Assembly (NCBI GenBank): GCA_963710375.1
Contig: CAVPZX010000003.1
Coordinates: 192,001-256,000, forward strand
From: Nitrospirota bacterium
GTDB taxonomy: Bacteria > Nitrospirota > Thermodesulfovibrionia > Thermodesulfovibrionales > Dissulfurispiraceae
DNA: 64,000 bases
Reading direction: 5' to 3'
Position 1 is the stretch's first letter; every line of letters starts with the position of its first letter. A model generated the notes under the pieces. It was given only the letters and a program-made list of their open reading frames with translations. It was not told the DNA's origin and did no database searches. A program made the position numbers and the translations under genes. Positions 50,596-61,799 of this stretch are shown here, piece after piece.

Positions 50596-51534
50596 ATGGC
50601 AATGGGAAACGGAAGTCGGAAGATAAATGACATCATAGAGTTTCTTTCAGGATATCTGCATGGAAAGGAGCAGGCGCTAAGGCTGTCGCTCATTGTTTTT
50701 TTTTCGAAAGGGCATCTTCTTATAGAAGATTTACCTGGACTGGGCAAAACGACTCTGGCCATTGCAATAGCGAAGGCGCTTGGTCTTGATTTCGGAAGGA
50801 TACAGTGTACCAGTGATCTTTTGCCCACAGACATCACCGGACTCTCAATTTATAACAAAAATACCGGAGAATTTGAATTTCGCTCCGGACCTGTATTCAA
50901 TAATATTGTCCTGATAGATGAAATTAACCGGGCTACGCCAAAGACGCAAAGCGCGCTTATAGAGAGCATGGGCGAAAAACAGGCGACGATCGAGCGGCAG
51001 ACCTACCGTTTGCCTCAGCCTTTCTTCGTCATCGCTACGCAGAATCCAGTAGAGCAGTTCGGCACCTTTCCTCTTCCTGAATCCCAGTTAGATCGTTTCA
51101 TGATGAAAATAAGCATAGGCTACCCTACAAGGCAAGCTGAAAAAGAGATTTTAAGGGGAGGCAGCAGGAGGGAGGAGTTATACAGCATAAAGCCTATGAT
51201 GGATAAAAATGAAGTGCTTGCTATAAATGAGGACATAAGAAATAAAGTATACGTTTCGGACAAGATACTGGAGTACATGCTCTCTATTATCGAGGCGACG
51301 CGGAACACCAAATATCTGGCGGCCGGTCTTTCTACGAGGGGGGCGCTGGCAATTCAAAATACTGCGAGGACCAATGCCTACTTTAATGGAAGGGATTTTG
51401 TTATTCCTGAAGATATCAAAGAACTTGCGGAGTATCTGATACCCCACAGGGTTATTTTCAGGGATGAATATGAACACCTTGAAAAAAGGGAGATCGTGCA
51501 ATCACTATTAGAAGAGATAGCGGCCCCGGCGTAA
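50596..51534 (+). CDS. MoxR-family AAA+ ATPase
   Basis: EDLPGLGKT, RIQCTSDLLPTD, DEINRA, ATQNP, LPESQLDRF. Confidence 0.93.
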   Translation: MAMGNGSRKINDIIEFLSGYLHGKEQALRLSLIVFFSKGHLLIEDLPGLGKTTLAIAIAKALGLDFGRIQCTSDLLPTDITGLSIYNKNTGEFEFRSGPVFNNIVLIDEINRATPKTQSALIESMGEKQATIERQTYRLPQPFFVIATQNPVEQFGTFPLPESQLDRFMMKISIGYPTRQAEKEILRGGSRREELYSIKPMMDKNEVLAINEDIRNKVYVSDKILEYMLSIIEATRNTKYLAAGLSTRGALAIQNTARTNAYFNGRDFVIPEDIKELAEYLIPHRVIFRDEYEHLEKREIVQSLLEEIAAPA

Positions 51535-52403
51535 TAAAAATTACTAGGGCAGGCTGGATTTACATTGTCCTGTCCCTGTTCCTGGGTTTTTCAGCCGTCA
51601 ATACCGGCAATAATCTCGTTTACCTTATTGTGTCCGCCTTCCTCGGCTTAATGGGCGTTTCGGGTTTTTTTGGCAAAAACAATTTATCTGGATTGGATGT
51701 CTCCCTTGACCTGCCCGATGAGCTTTTCGCTGCAACCCACTTCCCTGTGAAGATCACTCTGGTCAACAACCGGAGACTGCTGCCGGCATTTTTGATCAGA
51801 GTGAGGATTAACAATAAAGAAGTGTTTTTCCCCTTTGTGCCCCCGAAGGGCGCTGATGCAAAATTTGCGGATTTTTATTTCCCCAGGAGAGGCAGCTATA
51901 ACGCGGGAAGATTATATTTATCCTCTGTATACCCGTTCAATTTCTTTAACAGATATAAAACAATACAAGAAGAATATGAGGCCATTGTGTTTCCGCAGGT
52001 CAAAAAATGTGTGATACCCGGTTTTTTTGAAAATCTGACTGCGCGCGGCGGTGACCGCGATATCAATAAATCAGGATATGATGGTGAGATGGTATCGGTA
52101 AGGACTTATATTTCAGGAGATCCTTCCAGGTATATACATTGGAAATCGAGCGCCAAGACAGGCGAACTCAAAACTAAAGAATTTTCGACGTCTTCACACC
52201 GGCCGGTCATTATCGATTTCGAGAAGGTCAACATCAGGGACAAAGAGGAGAAAATTTCATGTATAACCTACGTCATATTAAAGGCTTTCAGGAATAATAT
52301 TCCTGTCGGGCTGAAGATGAGAGACGCTTATCATAAGCCCGGATTGTCAAAGACACACAGGATAAGCATGCTGAGAGAACTTGCGTTATATGATAAGAAT
52401 TGA
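51534..52403 (+). CDS. DUF58 membrane protein (start uncertain, possibly ATA 51534)
   Basis: AVNTGNN motif upstream of the track start; YPFNFF, RTY..GD...IHWKSSAK. Confidence 0.8.
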   Translation: MKITRAGWIYIVLSLFLGFSAVNTGNNLVYLIVSAFLGLMGVSGFFGKNNLSGLDVSLDLPDELFAATHFPVKITLVNNRRLLPAFLIRVRINNKEVFFPFVPPKGADAKFADFYFPRRGSYNAGRLYLSSVYPFNFFNRYKTIQEEYEAIVFPQVKKCVIPGFFENLTARGGDRDINKSGYDGEMVSVRTYISGDPSRYIHWKSSAKTGELKTKEFSTSSHRPVIIDFEKVNIRDKEEKISCITYVILKAFRNNIPVGLKMRDAYHKPGLSKTHRISMLRELALYDKN

Positions 52404-54304
52404 AGATGCTTTAAAAGTGCTTACCTATCTTACCGGTGCGATCGGTTTCCTTTCGGTTGCGCCCCATCTCCCTCCGCTGTTTACGACCGGGTTTGCCTGC
52501 TTTTATTTTCTTTCGGCAATAATCGAATACAGGAATATGCGTTTTATTCCGCGCTGGGCGCTTACGATAAGCGCGGTATTGTTTATAATCATTACATTTG
52601 TTAAGTTGCGCTTGGACAATTTTGTGATCCAGTCAATCGAGGCCCTTGCGGTCCTCTTGATCATTAAATTACTCGAGGAGAAAAAGTTCAGGGACTATAT
52701 GCAGGTTTATATGCTGTCGGTATTTTTATTGGCAGGCGCAGCGCTTCTTTCACTCGATATGGCGTTTCTCGCATACTTTGCTGCGTTACCGTTACTTTCT
52801 TCCACAGCCTTAGTCCTACTGGCCTATTATTCACAGGACAGGGAACTGGAACTTGAGGCCGCTTCTGTGAGGAAGATTATTTCCAAATCCCTGCTGATAC
52901 CGCTTATCGCGGCGCCTTTGACTGTCATAATATTTATTGTCCTGCCCCGCACCAGTTATCCATTGCTCGATTTCCTCAACAAGGGCGGTGGCGCAGCCAC
53001 AATCGGCTTTACCGACCATGTGCGGCTTGGCGCGGTTTCGAGCATCCAGGAAGACACAGCAATTAGTTTCCGCGCGAGCATGGAAAAAATAAATGATGGT
53101 TTATTGTACTGGAGAGGCATTGTTCTGGATTATTTTGACGGGACCTCATGGAAGAGTTCGCAGAAAGCAAGCGGAAATGTTTCAGAATTTCCAGGATTGG
53201 CAGGCAGGCGCGTTGTTCAGACGATTTACCTTGAGCCTTACGAAAATAAATATTTTTTTGCTCTTGATAAGCCGATGAATATTTCTTTGCTGCGCATTCA
53301 GAGACAGCCTGATTTGACCTTTTCCCAGGCAGGTAATATATCCAGGCGTACTAAGTACTATGCGTGGTCAAGTCTTTCTGAAACAGTTAAGGAGAAGGAC
53401 ATTGACAGGGAGATGTACCTGCAATTGCCTGGTAAAGTGGATAAGATGCACAAGATAGCTGAGTTGGCAAGGCGTTTTGTCGTAAAGAACAATGCTGAGG
53501 CTACTGTCAGAGCGATGCTCTCTTTTTTGAAGAACGGGCATTACCGGTACGCCCTTAAGAATTTGCCTGTGACGTCTCACCCTATGGAAGATTTTCTTTT
53601 CGAGTACCGGTACGGCAACTGTGAATACTTTGCATCGGCAATGGCTGTTATGCTCAGAATGGACGGCATCCCTTCCAGGTTGGTGGGAGGCTACAGGGGC
53701 GGCTACTATAATGAAATGGGAAAGTATTATTTAGTTCCCCAAAGGAACGCCCATGTGTGGGTTGAGGCGTATATTGATAATAAAGGCTGGATCAGGGCTG
53801 ATCCTACACCCGAGGGTAGCAACACCGGTTTCAGGAAGGACCTGCTTTTCACTATAAGACTATTGCTTGACTCGTTCAATTACGCATGGAATGCTTCGGT
53901 AATTAATTATGATTTTGAGAGGCAGTCTGTCGCTCCTCAATGCACTGCGTTCAGGAATTAAAAGGCCTGTTTTACATTTTATGCCCAGGAAAGAGTATGT
54001 CATAAAGTACGTGCTTCTTATCTGTCTTGCAATCAGTGCGATATTCACTTTTTTTGTTTTCCTGGTGAGGAGAAAAACCCCGGCAGAGCATATTCTAAGG
54101 CTTTTCCTGAGAAAAGCTGGAAAACTTGGCTATGTGAAAACGAAATCCGAAGGCCTTGAGGAGTTTGTGATGAGGATCGATGATGCACTGAAAAGAGAGA
54201 GAGCCTCTGCATTTGTGAAAGAATTCGAGCGGTGTTACTACAGGGATGAACAGATTAAACCGGAAACCTCAACACGCCTCAGGCATTTGATAAAGGCTAT
54301 TTAG
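52390..54304 (+). CDS. DUF3488/TgpA membrane transglutaminase-like protein (+1 frameshift at 53926)
   Basis: Multi-TM N-terminus, LYWRG, GNCEYFASA, HVWVE, DPTP; C-terminus continues in ORF 53909..54304. Confidence 0.88.
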
Positions 54305-55094
54305 GTTCATACTTTGCATACTGTGTTAAAGATTCCAGTCTCATCGCAATGTCGTTCACTGTGCTGTCAGAATCTTCGTAATGATCAATAAAGGCATTGT
54401 AGATTTGATGAATACATAAAAAAGATTCCACGGTTAAATCTATTCCGCAATACTTGCTGAGGCGTTCGGCCGCATATGAGTCTGCCTTTATCTCTGCTTC
54501 TAAATCAGGGAAAATACTGAATTTATAAATGTCGCGGTTTATGACATGTCCTGTTTCATGATACATTATGAATTTAAAAACAATATCAAAAACGTCTGCA
54601 TGGTATTCATATAAATATTTTAAAAATTTCGAGGAAAATCTTATCTCAGGCTCACCATCGTCATTTAGCAGCGATTCTGCTGCAAACCCCTGGTCCTCAA
54701 TTCCGTCAATAATTCTCACCGGTATTTTAAGGGCATTTGCAATACTGTACCCTACCGTATCTCCCTTTATCTGAGGGAAGTCTGTTAATCTCGATAAGAG
54801 CGTCAGGTTCAACAGTTCCTCTTTATAAGGGGCATAACTTAAATCCTGATGAAAGCTGTCGCGGACTTTCCCTACCCATTCTTCCTCTGTTATATGACCG
54901 TCAATTTTCACGTCCCCGTTATTTTCCGCTTCGCATGCAGCGCATTTTCCCATTACGACAAAGAAAACGCATAAGACTACCTTTATATACTTGTTCGTAT
55001 TCAATGAGTGTCTTGTGATAAATACTTTCTTGTCAGTATCAGAATAAGTTGCCATGATTTGGTTTGCTATCCCGAGATTAACGGCGAGTAACAT
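54297..55094 (-). CDS. Hypothetical zincin-like metallopeptidase (M48-like), AT-rich
   Basis: HETGH and EIKAD motifs; AAGGAGG before ATG 55094. Confidence 0.6.
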   Translation of the reverse strand: MLLAVNLGIANQIMATYSDTDKKVFITRHSLNTNKYIKVVLCVFFVVMGKCAACEAENNGDVKIDGHITEEEWVGKVRDSFHQDLSYAPYKEELLNLTLLSRLTDFPQIKGDTVGYSIANALKIPVRIIDGIEDQGFAAESLLNDDGEPEIRFSSKFLKYLYEYHADVFDIVFKFIMYHETGHVINRDIYKFSIFPDLEAEIKADSYAAERLSKYCGIDLTVESFLCIHQIYNAFIDHYEDSDSTVNDIAMRLESLTQYAKYEPK

Positions 55095-55159
55095 TTCGTC
55101 CTCCTTTAAGGCAGCTATTTGCAACTGCCTGTCACTAAGAACTTTCTTATTCTTTATTT

Positions 55160-55175
55160 AGCAAGGACTGTGCCA
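55160..55175 (-). promoter_or_regulatory. Sigma54 -24/-12 promoter
   Basis: Minus strand TGGCACAGTCCTTGCT, a near-consensus match. Confidence 0.75.
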
Positions 55176-55379
55176 GAGGATGCAATTTCTTACCTTCTTG
55201 ATTTGTCGAGATTTATGAGGGATGTTAAGCTGGATTAATTCCAATGTCTAGGTAAAAATTACATAATTTTAGATAAGCAACTAAGGGAAATGCTATACTA
55301 ACGTTCAACTCAGATCGTCTTTATGCAGCGCCTGGGTAGTTATTTTAGCTTGACATTAATGTAGTAAAAGGAGTGATCA

Positions 55380-56975
55380 GTGATTGAAAAGACGGTGAGG
55401 TCTGCAAGGTGCAAGTCGCCTTCAGTCGCATCTGTAAATCCTTCGGATCAGAAATCTGCAACAAAGAGCTCAGCATCTCTGCGGAGTATCTTTCTTGTTT
55501 ATGTAAGGGATGAGGCATATTTCCGTCTGCTGGACGAATATCCAGGTGCAAACGCACGGATCAAGGTGGCGGCTTTCCCCCCCCTGGGTATTCAGACCCT
55601 CGCTCCTGTTTTACGTCGCGGCGGACACAGGGTAAGGATGTTCGATACCTGTCATCCCGATATGCGCGCACAACATATCGTGGCCGCAATTCAAGAAGAT
55701 AGGCCTGATGCCGTGGCCCTTTCATTTCTGTCGGTAACCGCATACCCAGCCATGAAGAAGCTTGCCGAGAGGCTGAAGTCCTCATCGCCATTGGTAAAGA
55801 TCATCGCCGGCGGCGTGTTCGCATCCATGAACGCCGACCGCATTGTTGAAGAATGCCAGTATATTGATTGTGTTGGTGTTGGAGAGGGGGAGGAACTGCT
55901 TCAGGAATATCTGGCCAATCTCGACAATCCCGGCGCGGTCGACGGTCTTGTTTGGCGCGATGGCGGCGAGGTTGTGCGCAATAAGCCACGCCCCCTGATT
56001 GCGGACCTTGACCAATACCCCTATCCCGACCGTACCAGCCTGCCAATTGATTACATAGAATCATTGCCTCTGGACGTACCGGCCATACTCTCTTACGACA
56101 AATTCTGCACCATACAGACATCAAGAGGCTGCCCATACAAGTGCATATACTGCGATATACCGAACATCTCGCAAGGCAGATGGCGCTACCGTTCCGCGGC
56201 ACACGTTCTTGGAGAGATGCAGCAACTGCATGATGAAGGCTATCGTTCTCTTTATCTTACCGATGACCACTTTCTTATGAACAGCAGGCGCATAAATGCT
56301 ATATGTACCGGTATTATTGAACGCAAGCTCGCGTTCAGATGGGGATGCGAAGGCCGTGTGGACTCTGTGGCCGTCGAGCAGATGCCGATTATGGGCAGGG
56401 CAAACTGCGACATGCTCGCATTCGGGATTGAGTCTGGGACCCAAAAGGTCCTTAACAGGCTGGGCAAAGGACAGACGATTAAACAGATAGAGCATGCGAT
56501 CAGACAAGCCAAGAAACATGGCATCAATAGGGTGCATGGTTTTTTTGTGATAGGCTCGCCGAAAGAGACAGCGGACGACATCATCAAAACATTCGACTTT
56601 GCCGCCCGGCTGCAAATAGACACCTTCGGGTTCAACAGGCTGAGCGTATACAGGGGAACGCCGTTGTGGCGCGAGTATGTTGACCGCGGCATTATTGACG
56701 ATAAAGTTGACTGGTATAAGTCTTTTAAATGCGCCGACATTGATCCCGATGTCCTGCCTAATAAGATTGTCAACAGTCTTCGAATGAAAGGTTACACAAG
56801 GCTGCTGGCGTACCGCGCCATCTTGCGCCCGTTAAAGACATGGAAGCTGCTGAGGACATTCAGCAGGCATATGAAAAAATCGGACATTTTAAAGCTGGTC
56901 CTCAGTCCCTTCTATTGGAAGAAGGCGGTGGTCAAGCCCGAATTGCCGGCGAGTTTTACGAGCGCAGTGGAATGA
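55380..56975 (+). CDS. B12-binding radical SAM protein (class B-like)
   Basis: PPLG, GGVFAS, GEGE, TSRGCPYKCIYC, GIESG; exact start uncertain. Confidence 0.88.
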   Translation: MIEKTVRSARCKSPSVASVNPSDQKSATKSSASLRSIFLVYVRDEAYFRLLDEYPGANARIKVAAFPPLGIQTLAPVLRRGGHRVRMFDTCHPDMRAQHIVAAIQEDRPDAVALSFLSVTAYPAMKKLAERLKSSSPLVKIIAGGVFASMNADRIVEECQYIDCVGVGEGEELLQEYLANLDNPGAVDGLVWRDGGEVVRNKPRPLIADLDQYPYPDRTSLPIDYIESLPLDVPAILSYDKFCTIQTSRGCPYKCIYCDIPNISQGRWRYRSAAHVLGEMQQLHDEGYRSLYLTDDHFLMNSRRINAICTGIIERKLAFRWGCEGRVDSVAVEQMPIMGRANCDMLAFGIESGTQKVLNRLGKGQTIKQIEHAIRQAKKHGINRVHGFFVIGSPKETADDIIKTFDFAARLQIDTFGFNRLSVYRGTPLWREYVDRGIIDDKVDWYKSFKCADIDPDVLPNKIVNSLRMKGYTRLLAYRAILRPLKTWKLLRTFSRHMKKSDILKLVLSPFYWKKAVVKPELPASFTSAVE

Positions 56976-57005
56976 GTTAAAGGTGACGGTTTCTTCCTTC
57001 ATAAT

Positions 57006-57458
57006 TTAATTAAAATCGGAAGTCCGACCACGTTTAATTTTACCCCTCTTGGCCAGAAAGTAGAAGAAGATCAATGCAGCCTCATAAACACTTAGCGCCA
57101 GTACCTCTTTCCGGAACACCGATGGATTATTGTCCCGAGACAGCGCCTGGAAATCGGTGACGCTGTTTATGATGTTTAACCCGGCTATAGCGGCGAAACC
57201 GGCTATAAGGATTGCCTTGACCGCGTCGCGGTTCCTGGCCGGATCAATAGAGGCCATAAAAAGAAAGACCGACCAGCCGAACGACAGAAAAGAAATGATC
57301 CTGTCCTGGTAACCATAGGATGGCAAGTCGTAATATATAAATAACATCGGGATCTTAATCCTGAGCATATGTACTATTGCGACCGCCAGGAAATAGACCG
57401 CTCCGGCCAATAATAACCATTTAAGTATCGCAGTGCTCTTATTCATGTTTCTTTCCAT
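57006..57458 (-). CDS. Hypothetical 4-TM membrane protein
   Basis: Four hydrophobic segments. Confidence 0.6.
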   Translation of the reverse strand: MERNMNKSTAILKWLLLAGAVYFLAVAIVHMLRIKIPMLFIYYDLPSYGYQDRIISFLSFGWSVFLFMASIDPARNRDAVKAILIAGFAAIAGLNIINSVTDFQALSRDNNPSVFRKEVLALSVYEAALIFFYFLAKRGKIKRGRTSDFN

Positions 57459-57524
57459 CCGGACTATGCACGATTATAGCATGGCCTACAGGTGCATTGA
57501 TTTGAGGAAGGAATAATTTGGCAC

Positions 57525-57553
57525 AAAAAAAAGACTGCCCATAAGGGCAGTCT
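57525..57553 (-). terminator. Intrinsic terminator for the hem/cupin transcript
   Basis: agactgccc-ataa-gggcagtct with T8 on the minus strand. Confidence 0.8.
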
Positions 57554-57611
57554 GCATCTACATTTAAAAAATATGGCTACTTTTTTCAGTCTGTTGAAGA
57601 ATGCTCATTTG

Positions 57612-58004
57612 TCATAAATGATGCTCCGCCTCTTCTGCCGCATCTGCTTCGGCCTTGGTCTTGTGCACGGTTTTATCCGGGTGGTTCGGCGGAGAGTAGA
57701 CCGTATATAGCTTCATCTGTGCCCGCTTTGATGTGTTGATTACATTATGGTAAGTCCCCGCCGGGATTACGACTGCATCCCCATCGTGTGCCAGGTATTC
57801 CTCTTTCCCGTTCAAGATAAACTTGGCCTCTCCCTTCTCGATACGAAAGAACTGATCGACATGATGGTGCACCTCGTTGCCGATCTCCTCGCCTGGCCGC
57901 AGGCACATAACGACGAGCTGCGCATGCTTGCCGGTGAATAACACCTGTCGGAAGTAGGTGTTTTTCAGGGTCTGTTTTTCAATCGGTCCAAAATATCCGG
58001 TCAT
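57612..58004 (-). CDS. Cupin domain protein
   Basis: QLVVMCL.PGEEIG.EVH...DQFFRIE.G...PAG..HNV.N...LYTVYSPP. Confidence 0.88.
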   Translation of the reverse strand: MTGYFGPIEKQTLKNTYFRQVLFTGKHAQLVVMCLRPGEEIGNEVHHHVDQFFRIEKGEAKFILNGKEEYLAHDGDAVVIPAGTYHNVINTSKRAQMKLYTVYSPPNHPDKTVHKTKAEADAAEEAEHHL

Positions 58005-58020
58005 TGTTCTGTCCTCCTTT

Positions 58021-59556
58021 TCAGTTTTGATATTCAGGTTTGGTCGCCCAGGCTATTATCGCATCTACCATCGCCTTAATGGTAGCTTCTTTTGGAACAA
58101 TGGTGACTTTCAGGCCTGCCTTTTTTATGGCCTGTTCGGTGACCGGTCCTATAGCTGCTATTGCCGCCGGATTCAGGAGACCCATCGCTTCGTCTCCGAT
58201 CATATCAATGAAATTAGTGAATGTGGCTGCACTGGTAAAGGTGGCGACAGATATACGCCCCTCTTGCAGAAATCGTTTAAGTCTTTTGCCGTGCTTTTCA
58301 GGCTTGATAGTACGGTAGGCCACCGGCGTGTCTATCTCGCCGCCTAATTCCCGTACTTTTTGAGGAAAGACCTCTCTGGCTACTTCTGCCCGTGGCAACA
58401 GAAACTTCAACCCCTTAAGGCTGCCGCCTGGTGATTGGCGGATGAAGATGCTGATCAGTCCCTCCGCATTGAATTCTTCAGGTATAACATCAACCTTTAA
58501 CCCATAACTCCCTATCTCTCCTGCTGTTTTGGCGCCTATAGCGCACAATTTTATCCCCTTAAGATCTCGTATGTCCATGTCTTTGGCAAGAAAGCGCTGA
58601 ATAAAAAATTTGAATCCGTTCGCGCTGGTAAAGATGAGCCAATTATAGGAGACTATAGCATCTATTGCGGCATCCAGCGAATCAAAGTTTTCAGGTGGGA
58701 CCGTTTTTATGGTCGGAAATTCAAAAATTTCGGCCCCTAGTTCTTCCAGAGCTGCGTAATCCTGTGTATATTCCCTTGTTATAAGGATTCTGTGGCCAAA
58801 GAGCGGTTTTTTTTCGTACCATTTGAGCTTATCTCTCAGTTTGACCACGTTGCCGACAACCATCACCGCAGGAGGACGTATGCGTTCTTCCTTTACCTGT
58901 CCTGATATATCGCCCAGTGTGCCGACAACGGTCTTCTGATCAGGTCTGGTTCCCCAGCGCACCACTGCTGCCGGGGTGTCAGGGGGCTTTCCATTGTCGA
59001 TAAGTTTCCGGGATATGTTCTCTATGTTTTTCACTCCCATAAGAAAAACAAGTGTATCAAAACCTGAAACGAGTTCTGCCCACTTAATAGTACTTTCAGG
59101 TTTGTTTATGTCTTCATTCCCTGTTATAACAGAAAATGAAGATGAATACTTCCTGTGGGTGAGTGGAATCCCTGCGTAGGCCGGAGCTGCAATGGAAGAA
59201 CTGATGCCGGGTATCACTTCGAAATCGATCCCTGCTGCCACAAGCGCTTCAGCTTCTTCTCCCCCGCGGCCGAAGATGAAGGGATCGCCCCCTTTTAATC
59301 TGCATACAAGTTTGCCTTTTTTAGCTTCACTGATCAGCGCCTGATTTATCTGGTCCTGTGTCATCTCATGATGCCCGCCGCGCTTGCCGGCATAGATAAA
59401 TTCAGCGTCATGATCAATATAATTCAGGATCTGCGCATTAAGATGAAAGTCGTAGACGACGGTTTCGGCTTTCTGGAGGCATCGCATCCCCTTTACGGTC
59501 AAAAGGCCGATATCTCCGGGTCCTGCTCCGATAAGGTAAACCTTTCCCTGTTTCAT
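58021..59556 (-). CDS. cobA: Uroporphyrinogen-III C-methyltransferase / synthase fusion (CobA-HemD)
   Basis: GAGPGD, RLKGGDPFIFGRGGEE, IFTSANG, AIG..T, FTSA. Confidence 0.93.
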   Translation of the reverse strand: MKQGKVYLIGAGPGDIGLLTVKGMRCLQKAETVVYDFHLNAQILNYIDHDAEFIYAGKRGGHHEMTQDQINQALISEAKKGKLVCRLKGGDPFIFGRGGEEAEALVAAGIDFEVIPGISSSIAAPAYAGIPLTHRKYSSSFSVITGNEDINKPESTIKWAELVSGFDTLVFLMGVKNIENISRKLIDNGKPPDTPAAVVRWGTRPDQKTVVGTLGDISGQVKEERIRPPAVMVVGNVVKLRDKLKWYEKKPLFGHRILITREYTQDYAALEELGAEIFEFPTIKTVPPENFDSLDAAIDAIVSYNWLIFTSANGFKFFIQRFLAKDMDIRDLKGIKLCAIGAKTAGEIGSYGLKVDVIPEEFNAEGLISIFIRQSPGGSLKGLKFLLPRAEVAREVFPQKVRELGGEIDTPVAYRTIKPEKHGKRLKRFLQEGRISVATFTSAATFTNFIDMIGDEAMGLLNPAAIAAIGPVTEQAIKKAGLKVTIVPKEATIKAMVDAIIAWATKPEYQN

Positions 59557-60534
59557 TCAGCTGCTTATTTCGCCGTCAACCGGCGGGATAAGCCTTCCGT
59601 ACACTTCATCCAGGATTTCTTTTGCGCCCATGGCGAGAAGATTTTCCGCCAGGCGCAGACCGAGGGATTCTGCATTATCAGGGTTGCCTTCGATGCTGCT
59701 TTTTACGATCCTGTCACCGGTCACGCTTCCAACGAGTCCGTCGATCGTGATAATGCCGTTAAGCAGCCTTGCATGAGCGGCGATCGGGACCTGACATCCG
59801 CCTTCGAGACGTTCCAGGACAGACCTCTCAGCCCTCACGCAAATGGAGGTTTCAGAGTGGTTGAGCTCACTGATAAGTGAATTGATAACCTTGTCATCAA
59901 TCCTGGTTTCAATGCCGACAGCGCCCTGGCCAATGGCAGGCAGACTTATTTCCGGCGGGAGTATTTCGGTAATCCGGTCTTGCCATCCGAGCCTCTTAAC
60001 TCCAGCGACAGCCAGGATTATGGCATCAAACAGGCCTTCATCGAGCTTCCTGAGGCGTGTATTGAGATTGCCTCTCAATTGTTCGATCTTCAAGTCAGGT
60101 CTTTTATTGAGAAGTTGGCTGGAGCGGCGCAGGCTGCTCGTCCCTATCCTCGCGCCCCGGGGCAGGTCATTAAAACTCTTTACCCTGAACTGTCCGTCCT
60201 TGATCGCCGATATAAAAGCGTCACGCGGGTCCTCGCGCTCGCAAATGACCGCAAGATGAAGTCCAGGGGGAAACTCCGTCGGCACATCTTTCATGCTGTG
60301 GACAGCGATATCAGCCCTCCCTTCCAGAAGCGCTTCCTCTATTTCCTTGACGAAGAGACCTTTGCCGCCCACTTTTGCGAGAGGCACATCGAGAATTTTA
60401 TCGCCGGTGGTCTTGATCTTGTTGAGTTCTATCTGCACGCCGGAGGAAAGTTTTTCGAGGCTGGCCTTCACCCATTCCGCCTGCCACAAGGCAAGCGCGC
60501 TGCCGCGTGTGCCGATTATGATTTTAGTCTTCAA
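59557..60534 (-). CDS. hemC: Hydroxymethylbilane synthase
   Basis: [37 protein letters not shown]; likely TTG 60534. Confidence 0.96.
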   Translation of the reverse strand: MKTKIIIGTRGSALALWQAEWVKASLEKLSSGVQIELNKIKTTGDKILDVPLAKVGGKGLFVKEIEEALLEGRADIAVHSMKDVPTEFPPGLHLAVICEREDPRDAFISAIKDGQFRVKSFNDLPRGARIGTSSLRRSSQLLNKRPDLKIEQLRGNLNTRLRKLDEGLFDAIILAVAGVKRLGWQDRITEILPPEISLPAIGQGAVGIETRIDDKVINSLISELNHSETSICVRAERSVLERLEGGCQVPIAAHARLLNGIITIDGLVGSVTGDRIVKSSIEGNPDNAESLGLRLAENLLAMGAKEILDEVYGRLIPPVDGEISS

Positions 60535-61799
60535 CGTTATCCCCGTCAATACCGTACAGTTTCTTTATCATTGCAGTGAGTTCATCCTTATCCTCGGCAT
60601 CTTCCTTAAGCGCACAAGTCGGTGGATGGATCAGCTTCTTTACAATTGCCGTTGCAAGGTATTCCACCGCCTTTAAACGGTCTTCACTCATATCGGGGAA
60701 TTTCCCCTTGAATTTTTCGAGCTCTTCATTTTTTATTCCTTCAGCCTTCCGGTGCAGTGCTACAATGGTCGGGACCGTATCCAGCGAGGACATCCATTTA
60801 ATGAACTTCTCAACCTCATCATTTATGATCTCTTCAGCTTTTTCCGCTTCTTTTTTTCTTTCAAGAATATTGGAGTCGATCACTTCCTGCATGTCATCGA
60901 CATCGTAAAGGTACACATTTTCTATCTTGTTTATTTCAGGGTCAATATTCCTCGGCACCGATATGTCGATAATAAAGACCGGCCGGTGTTTTCTCTCCTT
61001 CATCACTTTGTTCATTTGCTCTTTGACAAGTATATAAGTCGGGGCGCCGGTAGAGCAGATAATAATGTCCATATGCGAAAGTTCGTGCAAAAAGTCCTCG
61101 AAACGCACCGCCCTGCCGTTGAATCCGCCTGCCAGTTCACACCCCCGTTCGTAGGTCCGGTTGACAACCGCGACTTCTTTGACACCGTTGTTTACGAGGT
61201 GGCGCGCGGCCAACTCAGCCATTTCTCCGGCGCCAAGCAGCATAAATGATTTGCCGGAGAGATCGGTAAATATTTTTTTTGCGAGTTCAACTGCAGCAAA
61301 GCTGATCGAAACTGCGTTTTCAGCTATTTTTGTTTCCGTTCGCACCCGCTTGGCTGTTGAGATGGCTTTCTTGAACAGCTTATTGAGAAGTATCCCGGTT
61401 GATTTTTTGCTCAAAGCAAACGCAAACACGTCTTTGAGCTGACCCAGTATCTGCGGCTCCCCAAGCACCATCGAATCGAGACTCGAAGCAACCCGGAGGA
61501 CGTGTCTGATTGCATCCGATTCCGTGTGCGCGTACAGGGACCCCTCAAAATCCTTAATCATTATATTGTGAAAGGAAGCGAGGAAATTTTTTATACTTTC
61601 GACCGCAGACTGCGGTATCGCTCACGCAGGTATATATCTCGACCCTGTTGCATGTGGAGAGCAGCGCGACCTCTTTGACCTCAGGGATTTTACGGAGGCC
61701 GGACACGCCTTCTTCAAGCTTGGCGCCTGTGAAAGCGAGCTTTTCCCTCACTTCAACGTCGGCGGTTTTGTGATTTAACCCTACTACAAGTACTTTCAT
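60524..61799 (-). CDS. hemA: Glutamyl-tRNA reductase (+1 frameshift at 61609, probable sequence error)
   Basis: GLNHKTA, STCNRVE in one frame; [28 protein letters not shown] in the other. Confidence 0.95.
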
